DNA from: a virus
Direction: 5' to 3' (one strand)
DNA length: 35,055 nt
IMG/VR virus record: IMGVR_UViG_3300000944_000003
Span: 1-35,055 of that record
Shown here: positions 23,004 through 32,418 of the stretch, one piece after another
Numbering within the stretch: position 1 is the stretch's first letter
How the letters are laid out: every line of letters begins with the position of its first letter
Made by a program: the position numbers and the translations under genes
The notes under the pieces: model-generated
What the model was told of the DNA's origin: nothing
Database searches by the model: none
The model's input: only the letters and a program-made list of their open reading frames with translations

Positions 23004-26000
23004 TTAAAGGACATCGTCTAAAACAACAAACATTGAAACCCTGGCATCTGAATAGGCTCCAACCTCCGTACCTGTTCTCAGTCTTATATCTGCTCCAGCG
23101 CCAACCTCGATTGGAGTGGCGAATTCAAACACGCCTGTTTGGCCAGTAAAACTTCCAGTCCCAATCACATTAGAGTTGTTTTCTAAAATCTCGATCGTGA
23201 CGCTCGTTCCAGCTGTTTCAGACTGGAAAGTCATGTATTTAATTCGTCCGTCTTTTGGAATTACAACGCCGGTATTACCAGTAGACCCGTTACCTATTGA
23301 CCACTGATTAGATCCGTTTGCAAGGCCGCCGTTTTCCTCCCAGTTGAAGCTTACGAGCGAGCTACCTAGAGAGGCTATGGCAGCCGCATTGGCAGCGATA
23401 TTGGATGCGTTCGTCGAAAGCTGAGCGTCGTGGCTGCCGACAATGTTTCCTATCTCAGTGACGTTGCTTGTATTTAGCGCTGTCGCAGAAGCATTCGCTA
23501 CAGTCGCTGCAAGGTTTGCTGCAATCGCAGTGTTTTGAGTGGCTTGCTCAGGGAACAATATTGCTAGGTTATCAGTATTTGCCGTGGTGTCAGTTATGAC
23601 CTGGGCTAAATCCGCACCACCAGATCCTACCGGCTTAGCACCGAGGTAAAGCATCCCATCAGCTGGGTTGACCCAAGTTGTTTTTGCGAAGTCGTTTCCA
23701 TTATCTTCAATATAAGCCTGTGCAGAAGCCACATCAGAAAACCTGCCCTTGTCATCATATACAACAGAATCAGGATCTAAGATCCCATCAATATCTACGT
23801 TTCCTAAAAATGTCGCGACCTTTGATCCTGATCCTCCAAACACGGCTCCAGTCTCGCGGTCATCTTCAAAGTTCCAGCCTATGCAAGCTTCATAAGTATA
23901 TGAGATTGTATGCGAGTCAGTTATCGAGCTTCCACCGGAGAATACACCTATATAGTAAGTGCCAGGCGTTAGCTGCACTGAGTATGTCCTTGAAGGTTCT
24001 GCTGTCGTTATCCTTTGGTCTAGGTTAAATGTATTAAAAATATCTGCATTAGCGACACCTTGGGCATCATTGAGAGCAAGCTGAATAGTAGATATTCCGA
24101 ACCCAGCTGTTCCTATAACGTTTAGACCAGTATGAACAAACGTGTATTCAGAGGGCTCAAGGACCTCAATACTGCCAAGCTGAAAAGCCGATACTCCTGC
24201 CGCACCTGTGTTTATAGTTTGACCGCCGGTTAGCTCTCCGGGAATGCTTGCGGTTGTCTTAAGCAGAGGAAGGCCGTCTGTGCCAATAATTAGTTTTTGG
24301 CATATGTCCGTTGAAACCCTTGCAGGGCTGCTTGGCTCATGATCACAAACCCTTGTAACACCTGAAGGAGTGTAAGGTGTAACGTTATCTGTTTCAAAGT
24401 CTTCGCTTGTAACAACGCCGCCTGATTTTGAATAGTTCGTAACATAAAACACGTTTGTGCTAAGTACGAAAGTGTTTGCAGTTATATCCCTGCTTGAAAT
24501 CCCACCCACGGAAACATCGATAAGACGAATCTCAACGTCACCTTCTGCGAAGAAATCAGATACAAATGTCTGAGTGCCAATGGCAGCGTGAACCGCATTT
24601 CTTTCGTCTACAAGTGTGTTTCCGCTTGTAACATCAGTTATGACAAGTCTTGTCGCACTGCCAATACCTGTGTTTCCAATGATGCTAGATCTATAACTAA
24701 AACTCGATTGCCCTTGAACAGACTCTACAATGGAAACTAAACCACCTGAAAACGCTCCGCCGCCGCCGAAAACAAACCCGCCGCCGCTAAAGCCAACAGA
24801 TCCTTCGGTTGCATCCAATGTAAAATCGCCTGCGGCAATATTTCTAGGCACTAAATCACAACGCTTTTCCTGCCAAGTTTCAGTCTGTGAATCTTCTGCG
24901 CAAGGATAGTTAAGATCAAGCTCAATAACATCTAAAAAGCCCTGATCCGCTGCGCCGCCAGCTGTTGCTGCTGGAAAAATTGACCAGCTTAAAGATCCAG
25001 GAGCCGGGGCAAATTCAGCCACAAAACAAATTGTACTATCTGTAACATAAACCGAGCGAACAGTTACCTGTGTCCCGGTTCCGAAAAATGTGAACGTGCC
25101 ATCGCTTGCGTCCATGCGTAGATCAGAGACGACCCCAGGTGAATTTGCAAGCCGTAGGATCAGACCCTGAGAAACTTGTTTTCTTACAAACTTCATTTTT
25201 ACGCATTGAGGCAAAGTCGTAGGTAGCATTGCGTCTAATACGTAAGAACTAAATCCACCGGTCGCATCTTCAAGCCGAGCAGCTGTATATCCGTCTTGAT
25301 CAATCTGGACAACTGGGGTTGCGCCGCTTGCCAAGGCATATTGATCAAGCTGTTTGAAAATATCATTTGTATCTTCTGCAAGGTCTTGAGGCCCACAATA
25401 CGTTGAAGTTATTGTAAGGTTATCACCTGACTGGCGAGTAAACGTATATACGCATCCAGCGTCAAGCGTGATAGAGCCGAAGACATCAATACCATCAATA
25501 AAATTGGCTGTGGCGTAGTTTAAGGTCAAAGCATGATTGTTGCTTGTTCCAACGTTATCAAAGATTACCCTATCTCCGGGTGTTAAAGATCCAACGGATA
25601 AGTCAAAGGTTGCAGGGCCTGCGGTGTGAGCGTTCCTGTAATAAGTATCTGCAGAAAGCTCAATGGTTGCCGTCGCAGTTGATATATCAAGATGATCCCA
25701 GCTTAGGTCACGGCCATGGTCTCTGGCAGTGATTTTAATGCCAGTTCCAGATTCCCTTGAAAATGTATAAATGCATCCAGGCTCTAAAACTAAAGTTCCT
25801 GGAGTAGCTGTACCGTCTATAAACTCGCCGGTCGCATCAATGTAATTTACCGTAAGATCACCAACGGATGAATGTCCGTTTTCAATGATGAAGCGATCGC
25901 CGGGCAAAAGACTTCCAAGTGTTAAATCATAGGTTGCGCCTGTAGCAGCAGTTATGTTCCGATACATGTGATCGGGTTGGAGTGAAATTGTTTCAGCTGC

Positions 26001-26066
26001 GCTTTGAGTGTTGACATGCGTCCAGCTTGAGCTGACGCCAGGCCTTGTAAATGAATGTTTAGCCAT
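23004..26066 (-). CDS. Large fibre/decoration-like structural protein with a tandemly duplicated N-terminal domain, 1020 aa
   Basis: Residues 14-121 and 122-225 are clear paralogous repeats (SWTHVN...LEPGCIYTFSRESG and SWDHLD...LDAGCVYTFTRQSG). There is an Ala/Asn-rich coiled segment (AANLAATVANASATALNTSNV...) and a beta-rich C-terminal domain. Confidence 0.8.
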   Translation of the reverse strand: MAKHSFTRPGVSSSWTHVNTQSAAETISLQPDHMYRNITAATGATYDLTLGSLLPGDRFIIENGHSSVGDLTVNYIDATGEFIDGTATPGTLVLEPGCIYTFSRESGTGIKITARDHGRDLSWDHLDISTATATIELSADTYYRNAHTAGPATFDLSVGSLTPGDRVIFDNVGTSNNHALTLNYATANFIDGIDVFGSITLDAGCVYTFTRQSGDNLTITSTYCGPQDLAEDTNDIFKQLDQYALASGATPVVQIDQDGYTAARLEDATGGFSSYVLDAMLPTTLPQCVKMKFVRKQVSQGLILRLANSPGVVSDLRMDASDGTFTFFGTGTQVTVRSVYVTDSTICFVAEFAPAPGSLSWSIFPAATAGGAADQGFLDVIELDLNYPCAEDSQTETWQEKRCDLVPRNIAAGDFTLDATEGSVGFSGGGFVFGGGGAFSGGLVSIVESVQGQSSFSYRSSIIGNTGIGSATRLVITDVTSGNTLVDERNAVHAAIGTQTFVSDFFAEGDVEIRLIDVSVGGISSRDITANTFVLSTNVFYVTNYSKSGGVVTSEDFETDNVTPYTPSGVTRVCDHEPSSPARVSTDICQKLIIGTDGLPLLKTTASIPGELTGGQTINTGAAGVSAFQLGSIEVLEPSEYTFVHTGLNVIGTAGFGISTIQLALNDAQGVANADIFNTFNLDQRITTAEPSRTYSVQLTPGTYYIGVFSGGSSITDSHTISYTYEACIGWNFEDDRETGAVFGGSGSKVATFLGNVDIDGILDPDSVVYDDKGRFSDVASAQAYIEDNGNDFAKTTWVNPADGMLYLGAKPVGSGGADLAQVITDTTANTDNLAILFPEQATQNTAIAANLAATVANASATALNTSNVTEIGNIVGSHDAQLSTNASNIAANAAAIASLGSSLVSFNWEENGGLANGSNQWSIGNGSTGNTGVVIPKDGRIKYMTFQSETAGTSVTIEILENNSNVIGTGSFTGQTGVFEFATPIEVGAGADIRLRTGTEVGAYSDARVSMFVVLDDVL

Positions 26067-26075
26067 TAGTTATCC

Positions 26076-26873
26076 TTACTGAACAAATGTTACGAAATAA
26101 TCTGTGCCTGTTATTGCTTGATCAGTCAAATACCTTGCATCTTCATGCTCGTCTAAGATCACAACTTGGCCGGCTTCGATCGCTTGACCATTGATTGTTA
26201 CATCGGCTGAATATGCAGTTACTGCAAACTCTCTAAATGGTGCGGCATAAGTATTGGCCCCTGTTGCTCTTTCATGAACAACAACCTTGTCTGCTTGTTT
26301 CTTTAAACTTTCAACCGGATTAACGGGCTGGTAAAAACTACCGTCAGAATTTAGTGCAGTTCTTTGACCTTCAATACCGTCGAAGTATCTTACTTCCCAA
26401 TAGAATATTTGCTGGGAACCGTCTGGAAGTTGATCGCAAGCAGGGACATGGACCGTTTCATAATCGGTCGCCTGCAATGCTTTGATTGGACCAACCGGCG
26501 TATAAGGATTGCCGGCAGAATCTATTGTAAATAATAGAGCACCCGTCTGATCGTAGCCTCTTACAAAAGCTCCGTTGTCATCGCAAAGTTGAGCGAACTC
26601 AACATCGGTTGCAGAGCACACTTCGATCGGACCTATTGGAGCGTAAGCCGCACCTGCCAGATCAATGGTTGACGCAGCACTAAAAGTGCCATCATTGTTA
26701 TATTGGACAACGCCATAGAATTTCTGGTCTGCATTACCTGCGTCGCAAAACAGCGTAAGTTCGCTGTCTACGCTCGCGCCGGCAGTGGCGTTGGTTACTT
26801 GTATTGAAACGTTTCCGGCAGCGTCGGTGACCAGCGCTGCGCAAAGCTTATCGTCTAAGGTTCTTACTGACAT
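26076..26873 (-). CDS. Structural protein with three internal repeats (decoration or fibre-base candidate), 265 aa
   Basis: Repeats: DGTFSAASTIDLAGAAYAPIGPIEVC, GALLFTIDSAGNPYTPVGPIKAL and TALNSDGSFYQPVNPVESL. It is the first gene after the post-capsid terminator. Confidence 0.7.
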   Translation of the reverse strand: MSVRTLDDKLCAALVTDAAGNVSIQVTNATAGASVDSELTLFCDAGNADQKFYGVVQYNNDGTFSAASTIDLAGAAYAPIGPIEVCSATDVEFAQLCDDNGAFVRGYDQTGALLFTIDSAGNPYTPVGPIKALQATDYETVHVPACDQLPDGSQQIFYWEVRYFDGIEGQRTALNSDGSFYQPVNPVESLKKQADKVVVHERATGANTYAAPFREFAVTAYSADVTINGQAIEAGQVVILDEHEDARYLTDQAITGTDYFVTFVQ

Positions 26874-26897
26874 TGTTCTGCCTCACATGATGGTTTG

Positions 26898-26935
26898 AAA
26901 AAAGCCAGGCAGCGCCAATAAAGGTGCCGCCTAGC
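26898..26935 (-). terminator. Rho-independent terminator just downstream of the major capsid gene
   Basis: - strand RNA: GCUAGGCGGCACC-UUUAUU-GGCGCUGCCUGGC, a 13-bp stem with 1 mismatch and 2 G-U pairs, followed by UUUUUU. It starts 15 nt after the capsid stop (26950). Confidence 0.75.
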
Positions 26936-26949
26936 TAAAATGGAAAATA

Positions 26950-27840
26950 CTATCTTACTAGTTTTGCGGTTCTGATACCTTCACAGATTGTGCGGAATCC
27001 GTAACCCATACAAAGCGAAACTTCTTTGCATGCAAGTTTAGGCATATCGGATTCTAATACCATCACGCCCGTTTGAGTTGCAAACTTCAAAGAAGATTTG
27101 TGAAGCAAAGTAAGTGTTCCTGGTGTTGCGAGAGTCGTCCAAATGACTGGGCTTCCCATAATCATTCCGACTACGCCGGTTCTAAAAGTAGAAGTAGCAT
27201 CGCCGGTGACGTTTGCATCTTTGATGCATTTGAGCGCGTGGATGTCTTTAAGATCGTTCGGGTGAACAACAAGGCATCTTTCAGTTTCAGGAATGTTTCT
27301 CGCGTTAAGAGCCGTATGAAGACAAATAAGATCGCCTTCTGAGATTGTACCCGCGCCGCCGATTGGAGCTAGAATGTTAGCTGGATCAACATCTGCTTCA
27401 AGAGCTGTGATTAGATCGCGCTCAACCTGGCGAGTGATTGCCTCAGAAGCTTTTTGTAGAACAACTGATTCAACTCCCAAAACACTTTGGGTGATATCAC
27501 AAGGATCGTAGCTAAAGCCTGCGACTGCTTTGCAGTTAAGCTCTAGAACGTCTTGAGTGATTGTCAGGTTTTGGCAAACGATAGGTGTTCCGTTTGGATC
27601 AACCGTGCCATCTGCAGTAGCTCCAGGAACAGTGACCGGATAAGTTTGTTTCTGTAAATCGAAGTCCTCGACTTTATTAAACGCAATTGATTTCATTCCG
27701 GGACCGACCAATGCAGATACGTCGTCAACTAATGGAACGATCTTGCCGATTTCAGTGAAGTTATCAAGAATGATTGCACTGACAAGCTCTTGGCGAGTGA
27801 TGTCGATGCTAGTGGTATTTACCTTGCCAACGTTGGCCAT
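26950..27840 (-). CDS. Major capsid protein candidate, 296 aa
   Basis: Follows the scaffold gene, has SD GAGGGAG and is followed by a strong terminator. Positional call only. Confidence 0.7.
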   Translation of the reverse strand: MANVGKVNTTSIDITRQELVSAIILDNFTEIGKIVPLVDDVSALVGPGMKSIAFNKVEDFDLQKQTYPVTVPGATADGTVDPNGTPIVCQNLTITQDVLELNCKAVAGFSYDPCDITQSVLGVESVVLQKASEAITRQVERDLITALEADVDPANILAPIGGAGTISEGDLICLHTALNARNIPETERCLVVHPNDLKDIHALKCIKDANVTGDATSTFRTGVVGMIMGSPVIWTTLATPGTLTLLHKSSLKFATQTGVMVLESDMPKLACKEVSLCMGYGFRTICEGIRTAKLVR

Positions 27841-27871
27841 AATAAATCTCCCTCTCTTTTTTTAGGGTTAA

Positions 27872-28543
27872 TTAAAATAGTTTAGTTTTAGTCCTTAATA
27901 GCTCAAGCTTTTCAGCCTTGCTCATATCCTTTAAAGACTTATTGCCTACTTCGATTTTGCCCCCACCTTTTTCCTTTGTATCGAGCGGGCTCTGCTTGAA
28001 CAAAGTTGAGTGGTCTAGCTTAATCTTTTCGACGATGTCATTTATGCTGCGCTCGTTGACCGTCAAGGTTTTCTCATCATCGAAGTCGATCATGTCCTTG
28101 TATTTGGTCTGGGCTAGAACGAATGCAAGCTCAGAGTCACTGCATCCTTTATCTGCTGCAACCGTTTTGAATTTACCTTTGAGCTCGCGCGCACGGAGCT
28201 GCATATACAGCTCATTCTTTTCGCGCTCTAAACCCTCGAACTTGGATTTGGTGTCTTCATAAAGAGCTTTGTATTGCCCCTGCTCTTCTAGCTTTTTGCT
28301 ATTTGCAGACGCGCTCTTTGATTCAACCTCTTCAAGTCTGGATTTGAGCTCACGGTTTTTCCGCCGGTAGCTAGCATTTTCCTCTCTATTTTTACGCGCA
28401 AATTCATCAAGCTGAGAAATCTTAGCTTCAAGCTCCTCGATACTGGGCTTAACAGGATCTAAAGGGGCCGGAGTTTGCGGCGCGTCCAGCTGGACATCTA
28501 GATTGGGGTTTGTGACGATCTCGTCGGAATGCTGTGTTGACAT
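27872..28543 (-). CDS. Scaffolding protein candidate, 223 aa
   Basis: Highly charged Glu/Lys-rich coiled-coil sequence (EELEAKISQLDEFARKNREENASYRRKNRELKSRLEEVE...) immediately upstream of the capsid gene. Confidence 0.7.
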   Translation of the reverse strand: MSTQHSDEIVTNPNLDVQLDAPQTPAPLDPVKPSIEELEAKISQLDEFARKNREENASYRRKNRELKSRLEEVESKSASANSKKLEEQGQYKALYEDTKSKFEGLEREKNELYMQLRARELKGKFKTVAADKGCSDSELAFVLAQTKYKDMIDFDDEKTLTVNERSINDIVEKIKLDHSTLFKQSPLDTKEKGGGKIEVGNKSLKDMSKAEKLELLRTKTKLF

Positions 28544-28582
28544 AGTGATTTTCCTTTATCTTAAGTTACTTTGCAACCGTTG

Positions 28583-29116
28583 TTATCTATTGAGCCTTCG
28601 AATTGCAGCTCTTAAAAGCTCTCTTATTTCATCTACGAGAATCGCGAGCGCATCAGTCCTGGCTCTTTCAGAAAGACCTAAAACCGAATACCTGGGGTTT
28701 AGATCTAAAAGATGACCGTAAACTTCTGCATTGCTTTGGGTTGAACCGGTCCTGTTTCCATCAAAGAAAATTGCAAGGCTTGCATTACCTGAGGCCGAAG
28801 TCTCGAAATCGAAAGTCAAAGAATCTAGAAGCTGGCCCGTCTCGGTTAAATTAGATCTTGTGGCAGAGGGATCTGTTATGTCTCTTTGCAGTCGAGACGA
28901 CCTTTCGCGAGATCTTATGGTCGATTGCGAAAGGTTTGGAAGCGGCCCAAGATCGACGGCTGACCTGAAACGTGACCTCGCGTTTTGTCGGATATCCAAA
29001 ACGATCGTTTGAGCAATCCTTTCAAGGAGCTGCCTTTGGTCTGGTAAAAGACTTCGTAGGCGTTCAGCTGTCAAACTGAATGTGACGTTTGCTCTAACCA
29101 TCAAAGAACGTCCCAA
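28583..29116 (-). CDS. Head-module protein, paralog pair member B (minor head/connector candidate), 177 aa
   Basis: Shares the pattern NL-T-x-TG/N-x-LL/MM-x-L ... I-x-F ... GH with the upstream 187-aa ORF. Confidence 0.55.
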   Translation of the reverse strand: MGRSLMVRANVTFSLTAERLRSLLPDQRQLLERIAQTIVLDIRQNARSRFRSAVDLGPLPNLSQSTIRSRERSSRLQRDITDPSATRSNLTETGQLLDSLTFDFETSASGNASLAIFFDGNRTGSTQSNAEVYGHLLDLNPRYSVLGLSERARTDALAILVDEIRELLRAAIRRLNR

Positions 29117-29657
29117 GGAAGTTTATGAAATCAAAAGCCTGCTGCAGGGTCTGCCCAGCCTGGCCATCGGCGGCGTTATCAACAGCGCCGGAAAGAGATG
29201 GCCCTACCAAATCTCTAAACTCACCAGTTATCTCCCTAAGCTCGGTATCTGTCAGATACATAAACTCCCTTTGGGGCGGCCCCCCTGAAAAATCGGAGTC
29301 ATGCCCATGAGCTTTGGTGCGGTTGGCCTGCGTGGTGAATCCGATTCGTATGGTCTGGTTTGATGAGTCGATTACAGCTAGCTCTCTCATCATCGAGTTT
29401 GTCAGGCGAAGGTTTACTGGGTTTGATTTCTGGGGGTTTGCAGCAAGGTATTCCGGCGAGTACGTGTTGCTTCCTACATTGAATATTCCTTCTGCGGTGC
29501 GGTCTCTTATGGTCGCGACAATGCTGTCACCAATTGCTTCACGGGCAACCGATGATACAACACTTCGACCAAACATAGTCTCGAGGTTCACATCCATGAA
29601 CACATCGAACTGACTATCGTTATAGGTCTTCTGGATTACTTCCGCTGCTGTCGGCAT
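29094..29657 (-). CDS. Head-module protein, paralog pair member A (minor head/connector candidate), 187 aa
   Basis: SD AGGGGA is present. The start overlaps the portal 3-prime end by 38 nt. VNLRLTNSMMRELAV...IRIGF...AHGH parallels SNLTETGQLLDSLTF...LAIFF...VYGH in the next ORF. Confidence 0.55.
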   Translation of the reverse strand: MPTAAEVIQKTYNDSQFDVFMDVNLETMFGRSVVSSVAREAIGDSIVATIRDRTAEGIFNVGSNTYSPEYLAANPQKSNPVNLRLTNSMMRELAVIDSSNQTIRIGFTTQANRTKAHGHDSDFSGGPPQREFMYLTDTELREITGEFRDLVGPSLSGAVDNAADGQAGQTLQQAFDFINFLGTFFDG

Positions 29658-31056
29658 CCATGTCCCCTAAGTTGCCAAGTATCTCTGCTGCTTGTTCTTC
29701 AGATACGCCCCGATCGAGCATGATGGCCTCAAGCCTACTTATAAGACCAAGGCCGAGCTTTTGGCTTATAAGCGCTATCTTCTCGGCTTCTGTCTGGATC
29801 ATCTCAGGCTTTGAAAACTGGATGCTGAACATCACATCTTCTGATATGGATCCGCCATTTATATCCGGATCTGTTCCGATTCTATTTTGAAGATCATTTG
29901 ACCAGTCGCGAAGAAGCGAGAAGGCTTCTCTTTCAACAGCCCTAAAGGTTGCAATTGAATCTCTTGAAGCTTCAAACCTTTCAACGCCCGCGAGAAGGCG
30001 GTCAAGGCCAGAGGTAAAACGAGATGCCGCACCATTAGTTGAAATGGTTTCAGGAGAGATATTGAGGCTTGAAAGAAACATCGAAAGCATCTTCTCTAAA
30101 AGAGATATCGAGCTTCCAAGATCAGGATTTGCATTAGCGAAGCTAAAGCTAGGCTGCACGGTTGAGTTTGGATCCAAAGGAAGATGGATGTAACTTGTAG
30201 GGCCTATGACAAGATCAGATGGCTTTTCCTCTGAGGCTAGAACGGCCTGAGCATACCCTTGGTTTTTTGAGATATCTGCAACGTCACATAGACAAAGTAG
30301 GAACTCTTTTGAAAACTCGGCCACAACGCTTGGGCAATCAACCCAATATTCGAGATCTTTTTCCTGCGATATTTCAACGAACGGCAAGCGGCGTATTGGG
30401 TTTTCAACGGTATCGCCTATAACCGCACCATTTTCATTGGTGACAAATATCTGATCTTCAGTCCAGAAGTGGTACTCGTAATCGCCTTTGTTTGATATCG
30501 CCGTCTCAAGCTTTATCGTCCCATCGAATACGCCAGATCCTGACTTGCTCTTTTTAAACATCCGAACAAATGCAATGGGAGTTTCCTGGTCCTCTTCGCT
30601 GCAAACCACGTCGTATTGGTGCGGTGCAAGCACTCTGGTCTTTAGCTCACCATTTTTAGGATAAATCTGAAGTGCAGCTTGGCCGAGAAGGTTATAAAGC
30701 CTGTTTGCTTTTTTAAGTGATACGTCAAGCATTGAGCGGTCGTAGACCATATCAAGCTGTTCTAGCTCTCTTTCATCTGCCCCAACAAACTGCCTTTCGG
30801 GCTCGTTCATGTAAACGGTGCTGATCGCAGAGATGATCTTAGGCGTTAGGTTAACCGAGAATATATGGCGCTTTCTTTTTAAAGTCTCAACGTCCCAGCC
30901 GTATTCTTCGCACATTGCGTCCCATACGTGGCCCTTGTGTTTGTTGCGGTAGAAGTCGAATGCATATAATGAGCGGCGCTTGCGGGCCCTGTTTTCTTTT
31001 GAATGGATATGATCTATGAAAGCCCGGCGGCCTTCGGCGGTGCTGATATCTGGCAT
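29620..31056 (-). CDS. Portal protein candidate, 478 aa
   Basis: Size and position immediately downstream of TerL. Acidic C-terminus. No motif independently recognised. Confidence 0.75.
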   Translation of the reverse strand: MPDISTAEGRRAFIDHIHSKENRARKRRSLYAFDFYRNKHKGHVWDAMCEEYGWDVETLKRKRHIFSVNLTPKIISAISTVYMNEPERQFVGADERELEQLDMVYDRSMLDVSLKKANRLYNLLGQAALQIYPKNGELKTRVLAPHQYDVVCSEEDQETPIAFVRMFKKSKSGSGVFDGTIKLETAISNKGDYEYHFWTEDQIFVTNENGAVIGDTVENPIRRLPFVEISQEKDLEYWVDCPSVVAEFSKEFLLCLCDVADISKNQGYAQAVLASEEKPSDLVIGPTSYIHLPLDPNSTVQPSFSFANANPDLGSSISLLEKMLSMFLSSLNISPETISTNGAASRFTSGLDRLLAGVERFEASRDSIATFRAVEREAFSLLRDWSNDLQNRIGTDPDINGGSISEDVMFSIQFSKPEMIQTEAEKIALISQKLGLGLISRLEAIMLDRGVSEEQAAEILGNLGDMDADSSGSNPEDL

Positions 31057-31065
31057 TGGTTTAAC

Positions 31066-32355
31066 TTAACGCCTCCCTTGGCTGATTGATTTTTTCCTTG
31101 TGGATAAGTCCTTTTGAAACAGCGAATACCCAAGGCTGGTCGTAACGTGCTGCGCATGATAACTGTCGTCTTCCACGAAGTTTGCGCCTGCCTTTAGTTT
31201 TGTGTGTCTTAGTCCGTCAATAATTGTACTGCAATTTGATGAAACTTTTAAGCGTACATCGCCGTTGGCGTTCTTAAGGTACGCATTTACGATATTGTGA
31301 CGAAGCCTGATTGCAGGGTTTTTAGGCGGAACCATTATTCTAAATGGTATAGGAATGTCCAAGTTACTTATGCGATATTTGATAATATCTAGATCTGAGC
31401 GAACGCCGCGAGTATCGCGGGAGGATCCAGTAGCATCAGCACAAATATAAACAGGAGACGACGTGGAGAAATAACCACGGTGCTCAATCTCGTCCAAAAC
31501 GTCATTGGTTCTCATCCCCTCTAAAATAATCTCATCGAAGTAATATGCGGTGCCATCGACGAACTGAGATATGCAGCAGCTCATTGGTTTTCCGGTTCCA
31601 ATGTTAAAGTCAAAGCTTATATATATTGGAGCTCTTGGCTTCGGGTCATATGATTCAATAATGTTGTCGTCTGAAAACTGATAATAAATTACATTTTCTG
31701 CAATTGATAACCATTCTCCTTCGAGCATCCTTCGAGCCATCAAAGGATCCATGGTCGCCCTGAGGTTAGACTCATAGCTATCGGGCAGAAGTTTATTGTC
31801 TCTTGTCTTTGAGTAAAATACTTTTGAGCCAGGTGCGGGGTTTCCGATGAATTCTTTATATACCCAATGGTCAGGCGATTCTGGATTCGATGCGCAAAGA
31901 AGCCAAGATTCATCGACATCTGACCTTCTTCCAAGGCGCATAAATATTTCATTGTATGCTTCTGGAGTCTGTGACTCAGTTAATTCGTCGATAGCAAAAG
32001 CAGTAAATTGGTAGGATCGAAATTTCCGTACCGATCCATCGGACCACGAAAAAGCCATTATTTGAGATCCATTTGGAAATGTGATTGTCGACGTGCTCTT
32101 GTTGAACTTGATATCAATAATATCGCCAACCTGCTCAATGATGGCTTTCAAGAGAGTATCTTTAAGATATCGAAGCGATAAACGACCAATGCCAACCAAA
32201 GCATTCGGATACATCAAGCAATGTGTGACTACGGCATGTGCAACTACAATTGTTTTTCCAGATCCAACCGCACCAGACAATAATATCTTCTTGGGACCAG
32301 ATTTATATGATCCTGTCCTTATATGCTTTAATACTTGTAATTGGTATGGAACCAA
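31066..32355 (-). CDS. terL: Terminase large subunit
   Basis: Walker A LLSGAVGSGKT (residues about 25-35). Walker B/coupling FAIDELTE. C-terminal RNaseH-like nuclease acidic motifs (ISFDFN, ICADATGSSRD). The only canonical start upstream of Walker A is TTG at 32355, and it has no SD. Confidence 0.9.
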   Translation of the reverse strand: MVPYQLQVLKHIRTGSYKSGPKKILLSGAVGSGKTIVVAHAVVTHCLMYPNALVGIGRLSLRYLKDTLLKAIIEQVGDIIDIKFNKSTSTITFPNGSQIMAFSWSDGSVRKFRSYQFTAFAIDELTESQTPEAYNEIFMRLGRRSDVDESWLLCASNPESPDHWVYKEFIGNPAPGSKVFYSKTRDNKLLPDSYESNLRATMDPLMARRMLEGEWLSIAENVIYYQFSDDNIIESYDPKPRAPIYISFDFNIGTGKPMSCCISQFVDGTAYYFDEIILEGMRTNDVLDEIEHRGYFSTSSPVYICADATGSSRDTRGVRSDLDIIKYRISNLDIPIPFRIMVPPKNPAIRLRHNIVNAYLKNANGDVRLKVSSNCSTIIDGLRHTKLKAGANFVEDDSYHAQHVTTSLGYSLFQKDLSTRKKSISQGRR

Positions 32356-32396
32356 ACAAGGGTTGTAAATTGTGAAGTTTATATCGAGCCTCTGGT

Positions 32397-32418
32397 ATTG
32401 ATATGCGAGGATATCAAT
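32397..32418. promoter_or_regulatory. Perfect 8-bp inverted repeat ATTGATAT-N6-ATATCAAT upstream of terL, followed by a second small palindrome TACCA-TC-TGGTA (32422-32433)
   Basis: Read directly from the sequence. It lies 42-63 nt upstream of the terL start in the divergent intergenic region, so it could be an operator, a late-activator site or a packaging-related site. Confidence 0.4.
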
